A stretch of DNA of 63,991 nt, counting the filler, from Candidatus Babelota bacterium (lineage in GTDB: Bacteria; JAGOBX01), in the NCBI GenBank assembly GCA_017999075.1. It is 7 parts of 7 records of this genome, joined end to end, with 100 filler letters (N's around TTAATTAATTAA, not from the genome) between each part and the next. Parts side by side here need not be neighbours in the genome. Positions count along the whole stretch, not along the records: positions 1 to 9,503 come from JAGOBX010000104.1; positions 9,604 to 19,077 come from JAGOBX010000105.1; 5 more parts are not named here. One strand, 5' to 3'. Positions 1 through 10,979 of this stretch are shown in pieces. Made by a program: the position numbers and the translations under genes. The notes under the pieces are model-generated. The model was not told where the DNA came from. It made no database searches and saw nothing but the letters and a program-made list of their open reading frames with translations. The stretch's first letter is position 1. The number at the start of each line of letters is the position of its first letter.

Positions 1-69
1 TATTATTAAAAAAAATATTAAAATTGAAATGCTGCGGTTCATTATTAAGGTTTAAAACATAATTAGAGG

Positions 70-219
70 TTATTTCAAAACAAGTGCAAATACAATAACA
101 AAAAATAATAAACCGAGAAGTCCCATGGTCCTTGGATCAAACGAAGAAGCTGCTATTTTAGCTATTATCAAAAGTATTATTGTAAAAAAAACCGTTATCA
201 CCAAATCATCTTTTTTCAT
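70..219 (-). CDS. Small 49-aa two-TM membrane protein (not in ORF track)
   Basis: Manual translation MKKDDLVITVFFTIILLIIAKIAASSFDPRTMGLLGLLFFVIVFALVLK*; two hydrophobic segments; preceded by TTGCAT-N17-TATAAT-N7-ATG. Confidence 0.6.
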   Translation of the reverse strand: MKKDDLVITVFFTIILLIIAKIAASSFDPRTMGLLGLLFFVIVFALVLK

Positions 220-226
220 AAATCAA

Positions 227-255
227 ATTATATTAAAACAGTTTAAAAAATGCAA
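227..255 (-). promoter_or_regulatory. sigma70-type promoter, probably leaderless
   Basis: Minus strand TTGCAT(255-250)-17 nt-TATAAT(232-227), 7 nt before ATG at 219. Confidence 0.5.
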
Positions 256-307
256 TATTTTTTATAATCTGTTTATATTATAATTATTCTATAATGGGAA
301 TGTTTCC

Positions 308-346
308 AAATGGCAGTTCTGCCATTCTGGCAGTTCTGCCATTTTT
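308..346. repeat. Tandem duplicated palindrome TGGCAG-TT-CTGCCA (terminator or operator)
   Basis: TGGCAGTTCTGCCA at 311-324 and 328-341, flanked by AAA and TTTTT; downstream of alr. Confidence 0.6.
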
Positions 347-448
347 TACAAAATTTATATATTGATAAACAATAAGTTTATTTTGTGAAAAAATATATAA
401 ATATATTTTGGAAGCACTTCCATAATATCAGCAAAATCTAAATAAAAA

Positions 449-1609
449 TCAATTACTGCAGCAGTCGTCCATATAAACAATTTTGCCATTTTCAAAATAA
501 TACCTTGGTATACGGGAAGGAATGCGTGATAAAATTTCAGCAGCTGAAGTTCCGGCAATAACTCCAAGTTCTTCTGATCTTATATGCTCATTCCCGTCTA
601 TACCTATAAGAACAGCTTCTTCTCCTTCACAAGCTTCAGGTACATTAGTAAGATCAACCATTATCTGATCAAGAGACATCCCCACTACTTTACAACGTTT
701 GCCGCGAATAAGCACATCGGATTTCAAACGAAGCGAATACGGATAACTATCTCCTGCGCCAACAGAAAGAACTCCTATACGCTGTCCTTCGGATGTACTG
801 TAAAGCAGTTTATATCCTATATTCCATCCTTCAGGAAACGTACGTACCTGAATAATAGGAGCAATCCATTTTAAAACAGGTTTAATTCCCCACGGCCATT
901 CCTGAGAATAACTTAATCCGTAAAGAAGACTGCTGACTCTGACCATATCCATTCTTGAATCAGGAATACAGATTGTACCTGCTGTAGCAGCAATATGACA
1001 AATTATATCCGGAAAAATTTTTTTAGCAAAATCAGATGTTTTTTTAAAAAGAGCTAATTGTCTAAGAGTAAATTCATGTTTTTGATAAGAAACAGCAAAA
1101 TGAGAAAAAATACTTTTAATTCTGATGTTTTTTAATTTCCGGACATTTTCAAAAACCAATAAAACTTCTTCAGGAAAAAAACCTAAACGGCCAAGACCCG
1201 TATCTATTTTTAAATGAACATCGACATTTTGGTTTAAACCATCAGATATTTCGGCAAGAATTTCTAATGTCCTCAAGCTATTAATGGTAATCTGAAAATT
1301 GTTTTTAACTGCTATTTTCAGTTCTGTATCTGTCAATGCCCTGAGTATTAATATTTCCATTCCGGCAGAACAGTATTTTTTCAGCATAAATGCTTCATTA
1401 AGCGTAGCGCATGCGAACAATTCACATCCTTCATTGTATAATTTTTGAGCTATACGCGTCAATCCATGACCGTACCCATTGTCTTTAACAACTGCCATAA
1501 CCCTGGCCGGAGCAACGGCATTTTTCAACCGATGATAATTTTTACCGAGCTCATCAAGATTAATCTCAAGGCGTGTAACTTGATCTGTAACGGCATATTC
1601 ATTACTCAT
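449..1609 (-). CDS. alr: Alanine racemase family PLP enzyme
   Basis: AVVKDNGYGHG (PLP Lys), HLKIDTGLGRLG, SHFA, IGY catalytic Tyr, C-terminal R-IPR-Y. Confidence 0.9.
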   Translation of the reverse strand: MSNEYAVTDQVTRLEINLDELGKNYHRLKNAVAPARVMAVVKDNGYGHGLTRIAQKLYNEGCELFACATLNEAFMLKKYCSAGMEILILRALTDTELKIAVKNNFQITINSLRTLEILAEISDGLNQNVDVHLKIDTGLGRLGFFPEEVLLVFENVRKLKNIRIKSIFSHFAVSYQKHEFTLRQLALFKKTSDFAKKIFPDIICHIAATAGTICIPDSRMDMVRVSSLLYGLSYSQEWPWGIKPVLKWIAPIIQVRTFPEGWNIGYKLLYSTSEGQRIGVLSVGAGDSYPYSLRLKSDVLIRGKRCKVVGMSLDQIMVDLTNVPEACEGEEAVLIGIDGNEHIRSEELGVIAGTSAAEILSRIPSRIPRYYFENGKIVYMDDCCSN

Positions 1610-1850
1610 TTCTAAAAAACTCCGTTATTATTTAATTTTACCAAAAATTAATAATTTTATTTTTTTATTAAAACTATCATAGGTATTTTTTTGATTTAAT
1701 AAATATTTAATATAAAATTATATTTCAGAACATAAATTTATCAAGAAATTTCTTATATGATTTGCCTTGTTTTTTATACAAAATTGTTCTATTATTCTCA
1801 TAAAAGAACATTTCATTTTATAGTTTATATAATTTCCGGAGATGATGTGA

Positions 1851-3161
1851 ATGACAAACCATATATTTAATCCTAAATTTGAATCTATGAATAAAAAAGA
1901 ACTTCAAATATTACAATTTGAACGTTTGCAATCCACATTAAACCGGGTTTATAATAATGTTGAATTTTATAAAAAAAAATTTAATGAAATAAATTTTATG
2001 CCGGAAGATTTAAAATCACTCAATGATTTAAGAAAACTTCCATTCACTTCAAAAAATGATTTAAAAGATTCATATCCTTATCAAATGTTTGCGGTCCCTT
2101 TACGCGATATAATTCAAATTCATTCTTCAACCGGCACTACAGGAAAACCTATAATTGTGGGTTATACAAAAAATGATATCAAACATTGGGCAGAATTAAA
2201 CGCAAGGACTCTTGCATCCGCAGGAGTAACAAACGATGATCTTGTTCAGATATCTTTTCATTACGGATTAACAACAGGTGGATTCGGACTTCATCTTGGA
2301 GCAGAAAAAATCGGAGCTTCAATAGTCCCTGCTTCAACGGGACAAACAAAAAAACAAATAGATATAATGCTTGATTATAAAACCACAATATTGCTATGTA
2401 CGCCTTCCTACGGTTTATATATTGCTGAAAACCTCGAAAAAATGAAAATAAAAAAAGAAGACTTGTATTTACGTGTTGGGATTTTCGGTTCTGAACCATG
2501 GTCTGAACGCATGCGTGAATCAATCGAAACAGGATTAAATATACAGGCATTCGACAATTACGGACTTACAGAAATTATGGGCCCTGGAGTTTCATACGAA
2601 TGTCCATTTAAAAACGGCCTTCATATAAATGAGGATCATTTTATAGCTGAACTGATAAATCCAAATACTCTGGAACCGGTTTCAAAAGGGCAGGCAGGAG
2701 AACTCGTATTCACTACAATAGCCAAAGAAGGGTTTCCCCTAATAAGATATAGAACAGGCGATATAGCGTTTTTAATAGAAGATAAATGCGAATGCGGAAG
2801 AACCTTCACAAAAATGAGCCGAGTATTCGGAAGATCAGACGATATGTTTATCGTCAAAGGAGTTAAAATCTTTCCATCGCAAATAGAAAAAATTTTATCA
2901 CAAGAAAACGAGCTTCTTCCCCATTATCAAATTTTAATCAAGCGTGAACACAGGTCTCTTGACGAAATCGAAGTTAGAGTAGAAGTTAATGAAGAAATAT
3001 TCAACGACGATATAACTGCTTTAAATATTTTAAAAGAAAATATCGAACATAAGATTCACAGCGAAATAGGAGTTGTTTGTAAAGTAACGTTAGTTGAAGA
3101 AAAATCTCTTCGGAGAACCGGAGGTAAAACCAAACGGGTTATTGATACCAGGGAATATTGA
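1851..3161 (+). CDS. paaK: Phenylacetate--CoA ligase family
   Basis: HSSTGTTGKP, DNYGLTE, RYRTGD, GRSDDM..VKGV..FPSQIE, C-terminal GK.KRVID.R. Confidence 0.92.
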   Translation: MTNHIFNPKFESMNKKELQILQFERLQSTLNRVYNNVEFYKKKFNEINFMPEDLKSLNDLRKLPFTSKNDLKDSYPYQMFAVPLRDIIQIHSSTGTTGKPIIVGYTKNDIKHWAELNARTLASAGVTNDDLVQISFHYGLTTGGFGLHLGAEKIGASIVPASTGQTKKQIDIMLDYKTTILLCTPSYGLYIAENLEKMKIKKEDLYLRVGIFGSEPWSERMRESIETGLNIQAFDNYGLTEIMGPGVSYECPFKNGLHINEDHFIAELINPNTLEPVSKGQAGELVFTTIAKEGFPLIRYRTGDIAFLIEDKCECGRTFTKMSRVFGRSDDMFIVKGVKIFPSQIEKILSQENELLPHYQILIKREHRSLDEIEVRVEVNEEIFNDDITALNILKENIEHKIHSEIGVVCKVTLVEEKSLRRTGGKTKRVIDTREY

Positions 3162-3182
3162 TAATTTCAGAGGAATATCATT

Positions 3183-4505
3183 ATGAATAATTTCATTATA
3201 GGCAATGCTGTAGTGGTAACTGTCAATAAGAATATGGAAATAATTTCAAACGGGGCAGTTGCGGTATCGGGAAATATTATAAAAGACATAGGAACAACTG
3301 TAAATATAAAAAAAAAATATCCTTCTTATAAATTTATCGATACAAAAAATTCGCTGGTAATGCCCGGATTGATAAATACACACACTCATCTTCCCATGAG
3401 TATGGTCAGAGGCCTTGCCGAAGATATAGAGCTTCAGGAATGGTTGCTTAAAACGTATGAATTCAAAATGAAATTTCTTCCCGCAGACGCAATTCACACT
3501 GGTGTAAAATTATCTTTGATGGAACTGATTAAAAACGGAACTACTACTATTTGCGATATGAGTTTTCATCAGCATATTATTTCTGAAATCGTAAAAAGTT
3601 TTGGGATCCGCGCAGTATTATGCGACACAATGATGGCAAAATACTATAAACGCGAAATATTCAATGATATAGAAAAATTTCTTAACACCGATTATAAAAC
3701 CGATTTAATTATTAAAGGATTGGCTCTTCACGCTCCTTATACATGCGACATCGAACAATTTGAATGGCTAAAAAAAATGCTTGTCAAATATCCGGGTTTA
3801 TTATACTCAATACATCTGTGTGAAACTAAAAATGAAACTTTTCTGGTTAAAAAAAAATTAGGGGAAACGCCGGTAAATTTATTAAGAAAGAGGGGATTGT
3901 TAACTGATAATTTACTTGCCGTTCATTGCGTATGGTTAACAGATAAAGAAATCGAATTATTTAAAAAGTTCAATGTTAAAGTTTCTTATAACCCTGAAAG
4001 TAATATGAAACTCGGTTCAGGAACTGCTCCAATAGTAAAAATGCTAAAAAAAAATATTATAGTAGGAATAGGCACTGACGGAGCTGCAAGCAACAATGAT
4101 CTTGATTTATTTTCCGAAATAGATTCAGGGGCAAAACTTCAAAAAGCAGGAAATATAAACCCTACTTCTCCTACAGCAACTGACATGGTAAGGATGGCCA
4201 CAATTAATGGTGCAAAATGTCTCGGTATTGAAAAAATCACAGGTTCTCTTGAACCAGGGAAAAAAGCAGATATAATTATTCTTGAACTACAGCAGATTAG
4301 ACTTAAACCTGTTTATGATATTAATTCACAAATTGTTTTCTCTGTAAACGGAAGAGATGTGACCGACGTAATTATAAACGGCAAATTCATTGTTAGAAAC
4401 CGTAAATTCACTATTTGTGATGAAAAAATTTTTTTAGATTACGTTAATAACCTAAATAAAAAAATAAATCAAAAAATAAAATATTTAACAAAAAGCAATA
4501 AATAA
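3183..4505 (+). CDS. Amidohydrolase, MTA/SAH deaminase-like
   Basis: PGLINTHTH, HAPYTC, HLCET, HCVWL, NPESNMKL, GTDGAASNN, GSLEPGKKAD. Confidence 0.85.
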   Translation: MNNFIIGNAVVVTVNKNMEIISNGAVAVSGNIIKDIGTTVNIKKKYPSYKFIDTKNSLVMPGLINTHTHLPMSMVRGLAEDIELQEWLLKTYEFKMKFLPADAIHTGVKLSLMELIKNGTTTICDMSFHQHIISEIVKSFGIRAVLCDTMMAKYYKREIFNDIEKFLNTDYKTDLIIKGLALHAPYTCDIEQFEWLKKMLVKYPGLLYSIHLCETKNETFLVKKKLGETPVNLLRKRGLLTDNLLAVHCVWLTDKEIELFKKFNVKVSYNPESNMKLGSGTAPIVKMLKKNIIVGIGTDGAASNNDLDLFSEIDSGAKLQKAGNINPTSPTATDMVRMATINGAKCLGIEKITGSLEPGKKADIIILELQQIRLKPVYDINSQIVFSVNGRDVTDVIINGKFIVRNRKFTICDEKIFLDYVNNLNKKINQKIKYLTKSNK

Positions 4506-4506
4506 A

Positions 4507-6939
4507 ATGCGTCAAAAACAATTTTTTAAAAACCTTTTAATAACTAATGAAGAAATATTGATGGAAAAAGTTCTTAAATACGCGATTCTCCACAACTATA
4601 CAAAATACACTTCAACTTTAAAAGAAGCGTGGCGAATTTCTATTCAAGGAATAACTCAATCTATAGAAAAAGCTTTAGAAATTATGTTTGATGATTTTGA
4701 ATTCAATCCTGATATGAAATTTGACAATGACTGTGTCTGCGAATTCGGAACAATTGAAGCTAAACGCCATCGTACCCGAGGAATTACTATTGAAATGTTT
4801 TTAGGATTATTCAAATATTACAGGCAGGCGTATCTCGATTTGATAGAAGAACAGCCCGAATTAACTTTTGAAAACAAAAATTTCTATTTACTATTCATTA
4901 ACAGAATTTTTGACAGAATAGAACTTTCATTCTGCAAAGAATGGTCCGGTCATTCAGACAAAGATTTATTGTTTGAATTGCAGAATAAAAACAGGATTAT
5001 GACTAACGAAAAAAATAAATATCTTACAATATTCGAGAGCCTGCTTGATCCTGTCTTTTTTATAGACAACGATGGATTCATTATAAATATGAATTACAAA
5101 GCCGCGCTATTTTTTTTCAATATTAAACTTCAGGGAGGAATTTATTATTCGGAAAATAATCAAAAATTACGTTTGGATTGGCTGGAGAAAGAAACACTTT
5201 TTTTCTTAAACGATCCTGAAAAATATAATTATAACTTTGTAAAAGAATATATTGCCAATAATGAATCTCATTATTTTGATGTCCGTATGTCTAAAATGCT
5301 TGACGTCAGCCTAAAATTCAATGGAATCACTTTAATTGCAAAAAATATTACCATTCAAAAAAATTATGAAAAAGACCTGTATGACGCGAGATTAAAAGCA
5401 GATTCTGCAAACAAATTAAAAAGTGATTTTTTAGCCAATATGTCCCATGAAATAAGAACACCTATGAATGCCATTATAGGTTTTACGGATCTGATGATTG
5501 AAGATAAAACAATAACAAAAGAACAAAGAGATAATCTTACAATAATAAAAGAAAGCGGAAATTACCTTTTAAACCTTATTAATGATATTCTTGATTTTTC
5601 AAAAATCGAATCTGATAAAATAGAAATAGTAGAAAACAAATTTTGTCTTAACAAATTTTTAAATCATCTGTATTCGCTTTTTTTAATTAAATCACGTGAA
5701 AAAAGCATTTTTTTCAATAAAATTCTCCATCAAAATACTGCAGTAATTGTCAAAGGAGACGATTTCAGAATTAACCAGATTTTAACAAATATTTTGGGAA
5801 ACGCATTTAAATTCACTGAAAAGGGTGAAATTATATTTTCCTGTAAATATGAAAATAATAAAGCGGTTATTACTATATCTGATACTGGCATAGGTATTCC
5901 TCAAGAAAAATTCAATGATATTTTTGATTCATTTAAACAGGCTGATTCAAGCATCAGCAGAAAATATGGAGGAACAGGATTAGGCTTATCTATTTCAAAA
6001 AGACTTATTGATCTTATGAATGGAGAGATCATGGTTTCAAGCGAACTTAATAAAGGAACAGAGTTCACTATAATTCTTCCGCTTATTGAAGCGAAGGATA
6101 ATATTCTTGATTATTGTAATGAAGCCTGTTTTGATTACGATTGCAAAACCCGGGAAATAATAATAACTGAAGATTCCGGAGAAAAAATGATCGGCCAGTG
6201 GATAGATAATCTGAAAAAAGAATATGGAAAACACGATATATTTGATAAAATAAAAAAAATCATGTTCGAATCAATAACCCAGTTGCCTCATAAAATATCG
6301 GAACTTAAGTCTGCTATTATAAACAAAGAAACTGCAGCAATAAAATTCATATCTCATGATATCAAAGGAACTTACTCCAATTTTTTAATAGAACCGATTA
6401 AAAATTATGCTATGCAGATAGAAATTGAGATAAAAAAAGACGATCCGGATTTCAATAAAATAGATTCTATTTTTAAGGAGTTAAATAATTTAGTTAATAA
6501 AATTCCAAAAAAATATTTTAAATCTGAACAAATAAACAGTGATAATTTCAACCAAATCAATAAAAATTATAAAAAAAAACCTATTCTTGTAGTTGAAGAC
6601 AATATTATGAACCAAAAATTAATGTGTGCCATTCTAAAAAATTCAGATATAGATTTTGATATTGCAGATAACGGAAAAAAAGCACTTGATTTAATGAAAA
6701 CAAAAAAATATAAACTTATTTTTATGGATATTCAAATGCCGGAAATGGATGGCATTACAGCTTTAAAAGAAATACGTAATAATCCGGATTCATATAATAT
6801 CCCTGTTATTGCTTTAACTGCAAGAGCTTTAAAAGAAGATAAAGAAAAATTTATTTCTATGGGGTTTGACGGATATATGGCTAAACCAATTGTTAAAGAG
6901 CAATTAAATGATTATATAATAAAATATTTAAAAAAATAA
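4507..6939 (+). CDS. Cytoplasmic hybrid histidine kinase (helical N-domain, PAS, HisKA, HATPase, HPt-like, REC)
   Basis: FLANMSHEIRTPMN H-box; N/G1/F/G2 boxes (GNAFKFT, DTGIG, GGTGLGL); SHDIKG; REC with VEDN, MDIQMP, KP. Confidence 0.9.
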   Translation: MRQKQFFKNLLITNEEILMEKVLKYAILHNYTKYTSTLKEAWRISIQGITQSIEKALEIMFDDFEFNPDMKFDNDCVCEFGTIEAKRHRTRGITIEMFLGLFKYYRQAYLDLIEEQPELTFENKNFYLLFINRIFDRIELSFCKEWSGHSDKDLLFELQNKNRIMTNEKNKYLTIFESLLDPVFFIDNDGFIINMNYKAALFFFNIKLQGGIYYSENNQKLRLDWLEKETLFFLNDPEKYNYNFVKEYIANNESHYFDVRMSKMLDVSLKFNGITLIAKNITIQKNYEKDLYDARLKADSANKLKSDFLANMSHEIRTPMNAIIGFTDLMIEDKTITKEQRDNLTIIKESGNYLLNLINDILDFSKIESDKIEIVENKFCLNKFLNHLYSLFLIKSREKSIFFNKILHQNTAVIVKGDDFRINQILTNILGNAFKFTEKGEIIFSCKYENNKAVITISDTGIGIPQEKFNDIFDSFKQADSSISRKYGGTGLGLSISKRLIDLMNGEIMVSSELNKGTEFTIILPLIEAKDNILDYCNEACFDYDCKTREIIITEDSGEKMIGQWIDNLKKEYGKHDIFDKIKKIMFESITQLPHKISELKSAIINKETAAIKFISHDIKGTYSNFLIEPIKNYAMQIEIEIKKDDPDFNKIDSIFKELNNLVNKIPKKYFKSEQINSDNFNQINKNYKKKPILVVEDNIMNQKLMCAILKNSDIDFDIADNGKKALDLMKTKKYKLIFMDIQMPEMDGITALKEIRNNPDSYNIPVIALTARALKEDKEKFISMGFDGYMAKPIVKEQLNDYIIKYLKK

Positions 6940-7006
6940 TATTATTTTTACTAAGACAAATAGTAATAATATTTTAACTGATTTTATTTCACTGGAGGAA
7001 AATATT

Positions 7007-8248
7007 ATGGACACTAAAATAAAATATTTAAAATGCTTTGTTTGCGGCCACGAAATGATTCCCAAAAAAAAAGTTTATATTTGCGAAAAATGCGGAGGAA
7101 ACCTTGAAGTTATATTAAACTACAAGGAAATCAAAAAAAACTTTAAAAAATCCGATTTGCTTAAAAATAAAAAATTCGATATTTGGAGATACGAACCTCT
7201 TCTGCCTGTTAATAATTTAAACCTTATTCCTCCTGTTCAAATAGGAGGAACACCGCTCTACGACAGCATTAAACTTGCCAAAGATATAGGCGTAAAAAAA
7301 CTATTTTTAAAAGATGACGGAAAAAATCCAAGCGCATCTTTTAAAGACAGAGCCGGTGCAATAGCTCTTCTGAACGCCCTGGAAAATAATGAAAAAGTTA
7401 TATGCGGGGCATCTACCGGAAATGCAGCTTCTTCAATGGCATGCCTTACAGCAACAACATCTATAAAAACTATAATTTTTGTTCCTCAAACAGCTCCAAA
7501 AGCAAAGATAGCGCAATTATTAGTATTCGGCGCAAAAGTAATAATGGTGAAAGGGACTTATGATGACGCGTTCGACTTATGCATAAAAGCATCAAATGAA
7601 TTCGGATGGTATAACAGAAATACAGGTTATAATCCATACACGCGAGAAGGTAAAAAAACCTGTTCATTTGAAATAGCAGAACAATTAAATTGGAATGTTC
7701 CTGATAAAATATTTGTTCCTGTAGGAGACGGAAATATAATAAGCGGAGTATGGAAAGGATGGAAAGATTTATATTCAATTGGTTTCATAAAAAAACTGCC
7801 TCAGATTATTGGATGTCAGGCTCAATTCAGCAATTCTGTTCAGAAAGCTGTGGACGGCGACGGTAAAATAAGACCAGTCAGCGGAAAAACTGTGGCAGAC
7901 AGCATTTCAGTATCTATTCCGCGCGATGGTCTCGGCGCTGTAAAAGCTATAAAAGAATCCGGCGGGTTTGCAATCACTGTTACTGATAAAGAAATTTTAG
8001 ATGCCATTAAAACAGTAGCCCGCGGAGCAAGTATTTTTGGAGAACCTGCAGGAGTAACTTCTATAGCCTGCCTAAAAAAATCTGTAAGACTAAAAAAAAT
8101 AAATAAAAATGATGTGGTTGCAGCTTTAATAACAGGAAACGGATTAAAGGATGTTGAAAGCGCTATGAAATGCGTTGGTCAGCCATTTTTAATTAATCCT
8201 GATCTAAAATCATTAAAATCTGTTTTATCGTCGAAATCATTCAATTAA
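7007..8248 (+). CDS. thrC: Threonine synthase
   Basis: N-terminal CxxC..CxxC, NPSASFKDR, ASTGNAA, PVGDGN, TGNGLKD; GGAGG RBS. Confidence 0.88.
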   Translation: MDTKIKYLKCFVCGHEMIPKKKVYICEKCGGNLEVILNYKEIKKNFKKSDLLKNKKFDIWRYEPLLPVNNLNLIPPVQIGGTPLYDSIKLAKDIGVKKLFLKDDGKNPSASFKDRAGAIALLNALENNEKVICGASTGNAASSMACLTATTSIKTIIFVPQTAPKAKIAQLLVFGAKVIMVKGTYDDAFDLCIKASNEFGWYNRNTGYNPYTREGKKTCSFEIAEQLNWNVPDKIFVPVGDGNIISGVWKGWKDLYSIGFIKKLPQIIGCQAQFSNSVQKAVDGDGKIRPVSGKTVADSISVSIPRDGLGAVKAIKESGGFAITVTDKEILDAIKTVARGASIFGEPAGVTSIACLKKSVRLKKINKNDVVAALITGNGLKDVESAMKCVGQPFLINPDLKSLKSVLSSKSFN

Positions 8249-8273
8249 AAAAATAAATAAGGAGGAAAAATAA

Positions 8274-9503
8274 ATGATAAAATACTCTAAAAAATTATTT
8301 TTATTTCTAATCCTTTTTTTTTATATTTATATATTACTCGGTAATTATGCGATTTTCGCTTATTCTAAATCTTCAATTGAAGATTTATCAATAGAAGAAT
8401 TAATGAATGTTTCAATAAGTTCTAATATTGTCAGAGCGGATAAAATATTGCCTGCTTCTGTAACATTATTAACCGGCGAGCAGCTAATAATGTCAGGTGC
8501 CAGAACTCTAAATGAAGCATTATCCCTTCTTGTTCCAGGCTACTGTATGATTGAAGATCAGGACGATGTAATATCAGGTTTCAGAGGATTGGCTCCAGAT
8601 AATAACGCTAAAGTTATGCTGCTCATAAATGGCCAGAATATGAACACCGAATTTTTTTGGGGACCTCCAGACTGCATATTAAACAGTATTGATTTCGATT
8701 GGATTGAAAATATAGAAATAATACGAGGTCCTGGTTCTGTTACATTAGGGCAAGGGGCTTTACTCGGAGCAATAAACATAATTACAAAAAAAAACAATGA
8801 TAATGAATCTTCAGGTTCTGCTTCGTTACGCGCGGGTTCAAACAATTATTATGGTATAAATCTGGAATATACTGGTTCCAAATATTATGTTTATATTGCA
8901 AAAACAAAATTTTCAGGTTTTAAGATGGAAAACAGCGGATGGGGAAGCAGAAATTTTGAAGGAGCTGCTCAAGGATTATTGTATAATGCAGGACATAAAG
9001 TGAAACGTTCTGACAATCATACTATATTCAGCAGAATAGCTTCAAAAAATTTTTCAATTGACATAATTGATATAGAACAAACCCGGGATTTATACAATTT
9101 TTACAGGGACCGTGATATTTTTGATGAACGCCTGCAAAGCATAACCGCTAATTTTAAAACAGAATTTTCTTCAAAACTTAAATTAACAACAACTGCTTCT
9201 TTTACGCGCGATGATTTTTTTTTAAATTCCGTTAACGGCATAAAAACCGGAGGAACCAGAGAAGAACGTTTCGGTATTAAATCTTTACTAAATGCTAATG
9301 AAATACCGTCAGGCAATGATTTAGCTATAGGTGTTGAAGCCCGCTTATATTCTATGGGCAAAAACAATTCAGAAGAAGCAAATTATATAATTAACCGTAT
9401 TGATACAGAAACATTGAGCGAATTGCAAACCGCTAACAATACACGAACATTCGCATGCAAAGATTCAATCCGGGTTTTCAGTTTTTTCGCGGAAAATTTT
9501 TAT
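8274..9503 (+). CDS. TonB-dependent receptor (plug plus start of barrel), truncated at contig end
   Basis: DLSIEELMNVSI, LLINGQ, IENIEIIRGPGSVTLGQGALLGAINIITK plug motif. Confidence 0.88.
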
Positions 9504-9603
9504 NNNNNNNNNNNNNNNNNNNNNNNNNNNNNNNNNNNNNNNNNNNNTTAATTAATTAANNNNNNNNNNNNNNNNNNNNNNNNNNNNNNNNNNNNNNNNN
9601 NNN
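9504..9603. other. Artificial contig linker (same at 19078-19177, 28551-28650, 37985-38084, 47393-47492, 56793-56892)
   Basis: N44-TTAATTAATTAA-N44 with stops in six frames; internal contig lengths descend 9474, 9373, 9334, 9308, 9300. Confidence 0.98.
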
Positions 9604-10052
9604 CAGTCAGGACGTTCTTTCAATAATTTTTCTGTTTCTTCTTTTGTGTAAAATGACCCTACAGGTTTGGTTGGATCTTTGTAATCAGGGTCATCAGCGC
9701 TTACAAGAACCTGATTTACTATCGCTGCTACAGGCAGCGGCATTTTTTCTTCCCAAAGCAAATTTGTCAATACCTGTTCAAACATATAACCTATTAATCC
9801 TTGAGTCATAGCTCCGGCCATTTCAAGCGGAAGAGCAGGGGTTTCTTTACAAGCTTCAAACTGAAGCAGCAGGTTACCAACCTGCGGACCATTACCATGA
9901 GTTATAACAAGCCTATGCCCGGCTTTCAACAAACTTACAAGTTGTTTGCATGTTATATACACATTTCTGAACTGTTCTTCAGCAGTTCCTTTTTCATCTG
10001 CCTGTTTAATGGCATTTCCGCCTAACGCAACTAATATTGTTTTTCGCGCCAT
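9604..10052 (-). CDS. arcC: Carbamate kinase, 3'-truncated
   Basis: VALGGNAI, THGNGPQVG, GAMTQGLIGY, DP...PTKPVG.FY. Confidence 0.92.
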
Positions 10053-10104
10053 ACTTGTTTATCCTCCTTAAAATTTTATTTTTTTATATTAATAATAACA
10101 AGTT

Positions 10105-10977
10105 TTAGCCAACTATCATATTGTCTATCAATCTGACTTTTCCTATTTTCGCAGCAATCAAAAGATAACATTTTTCATTTATTTCAACAGGTTCCTCAAA
10201 AGTTTTACAATTTCTGCAAGCTATGTAATCCAGTTTGATTTCTTTGAATTTTCGAATATGCTTTTCAAGTTTCAATATTACGCTTTTAACATTAACGTGC
10301 TTGCCGCAGCCGAATAATTGTTTTCCTGATTTTAAAGTTTTGTTCAATTCAATTGCAAGTTTATAATCTTCTTCGCTGAGTTTAACGTTTCTTGAACTTA
10401 ACGCCAATCCATTTTTATCCCGAATAACAGGCATAATTTTTATTTTACAGAAAAAATTCAAATCTTCACGCATCTTTAATAATATCACAGCCTGCTGAGC
10501 ATCTTTTTGTCCAAGATACATTACATCCGGCATAACTATATTTATCAATTTAGCTACTACTGTTGTAACACCGCGGAAATGAGTCGGTCTGAACTCTCCT
10601 TCAAGAACTTTGGAAATTTTCTCTACTTCAACATAACTCAAATAATTAACCGGATACATTTCTTTCGAAGATGGATAAAATATATAGTCTGCCCCTGCTT
10701 CTTCGGCCAGTTTTTCATCACGCTTATAATCGCGCGGATATGAATCAAAATCTTCGTTAGGAGCAAATTGTGCAGGGTTAACGAATATTGACAGTATTGT
10801 AACGTCATTTTCACTTACTGATTTTTTCAGAAGAGAAATATGTCCATCGTGAAGATATCCCATTGTAGGAACAAATCCTATAGTTTTACCGCTTAATCTT
10901 AATTTTTTAGCAAGAATCTGCATCTGCTTGGCAGTTTTTATTGATTTCATCATTATTGTTTCCGCCTTTCCAAACAA
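10105..10977 (-). CDS. panC: Pantoate--beta-alanine ligase
   Basis: VPTMGYLHDGH, SIFVNPAQF, RPTHFRGV, GQKDAQQ, GLALSSRN, RLIDN. Confidence 0.95.
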   Translation of the reverse strand: MFGKAETIMMKSIKTAKQMQILAKKLRLSGKTIGFVPTMGYLHDGHISLLKKSVSENDVTILSIFVNPAQFAPNEDFDSYPRDYKRDEKLAEEAGADYIFYPSSKEMYPVNYLSYVEVEKISKVLEGEFRPTHFRGVTTVVAKLINIVMPDVMYLGQKDAQQAVILLKMREDLNFFCKIKIMPVIRDKNGLALSSRNVKLSEEDYKLAIELNKTLKSGKQLFGCGKHVNVKSVILKLEKHIRKFKEIKLDYIACRNCKTFEEPVEINEKCYLLIAAKIGKVRLIDNMIVG

Positions 10978-10979
10978 GT

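Noticed and set aside
9504-9603. Six identical TTAATTAATTAA palindromes about 9.4 kb apart
   Set aside because: Embedded in N runs; a synthetic six-frame-stop contig linker, not biology.
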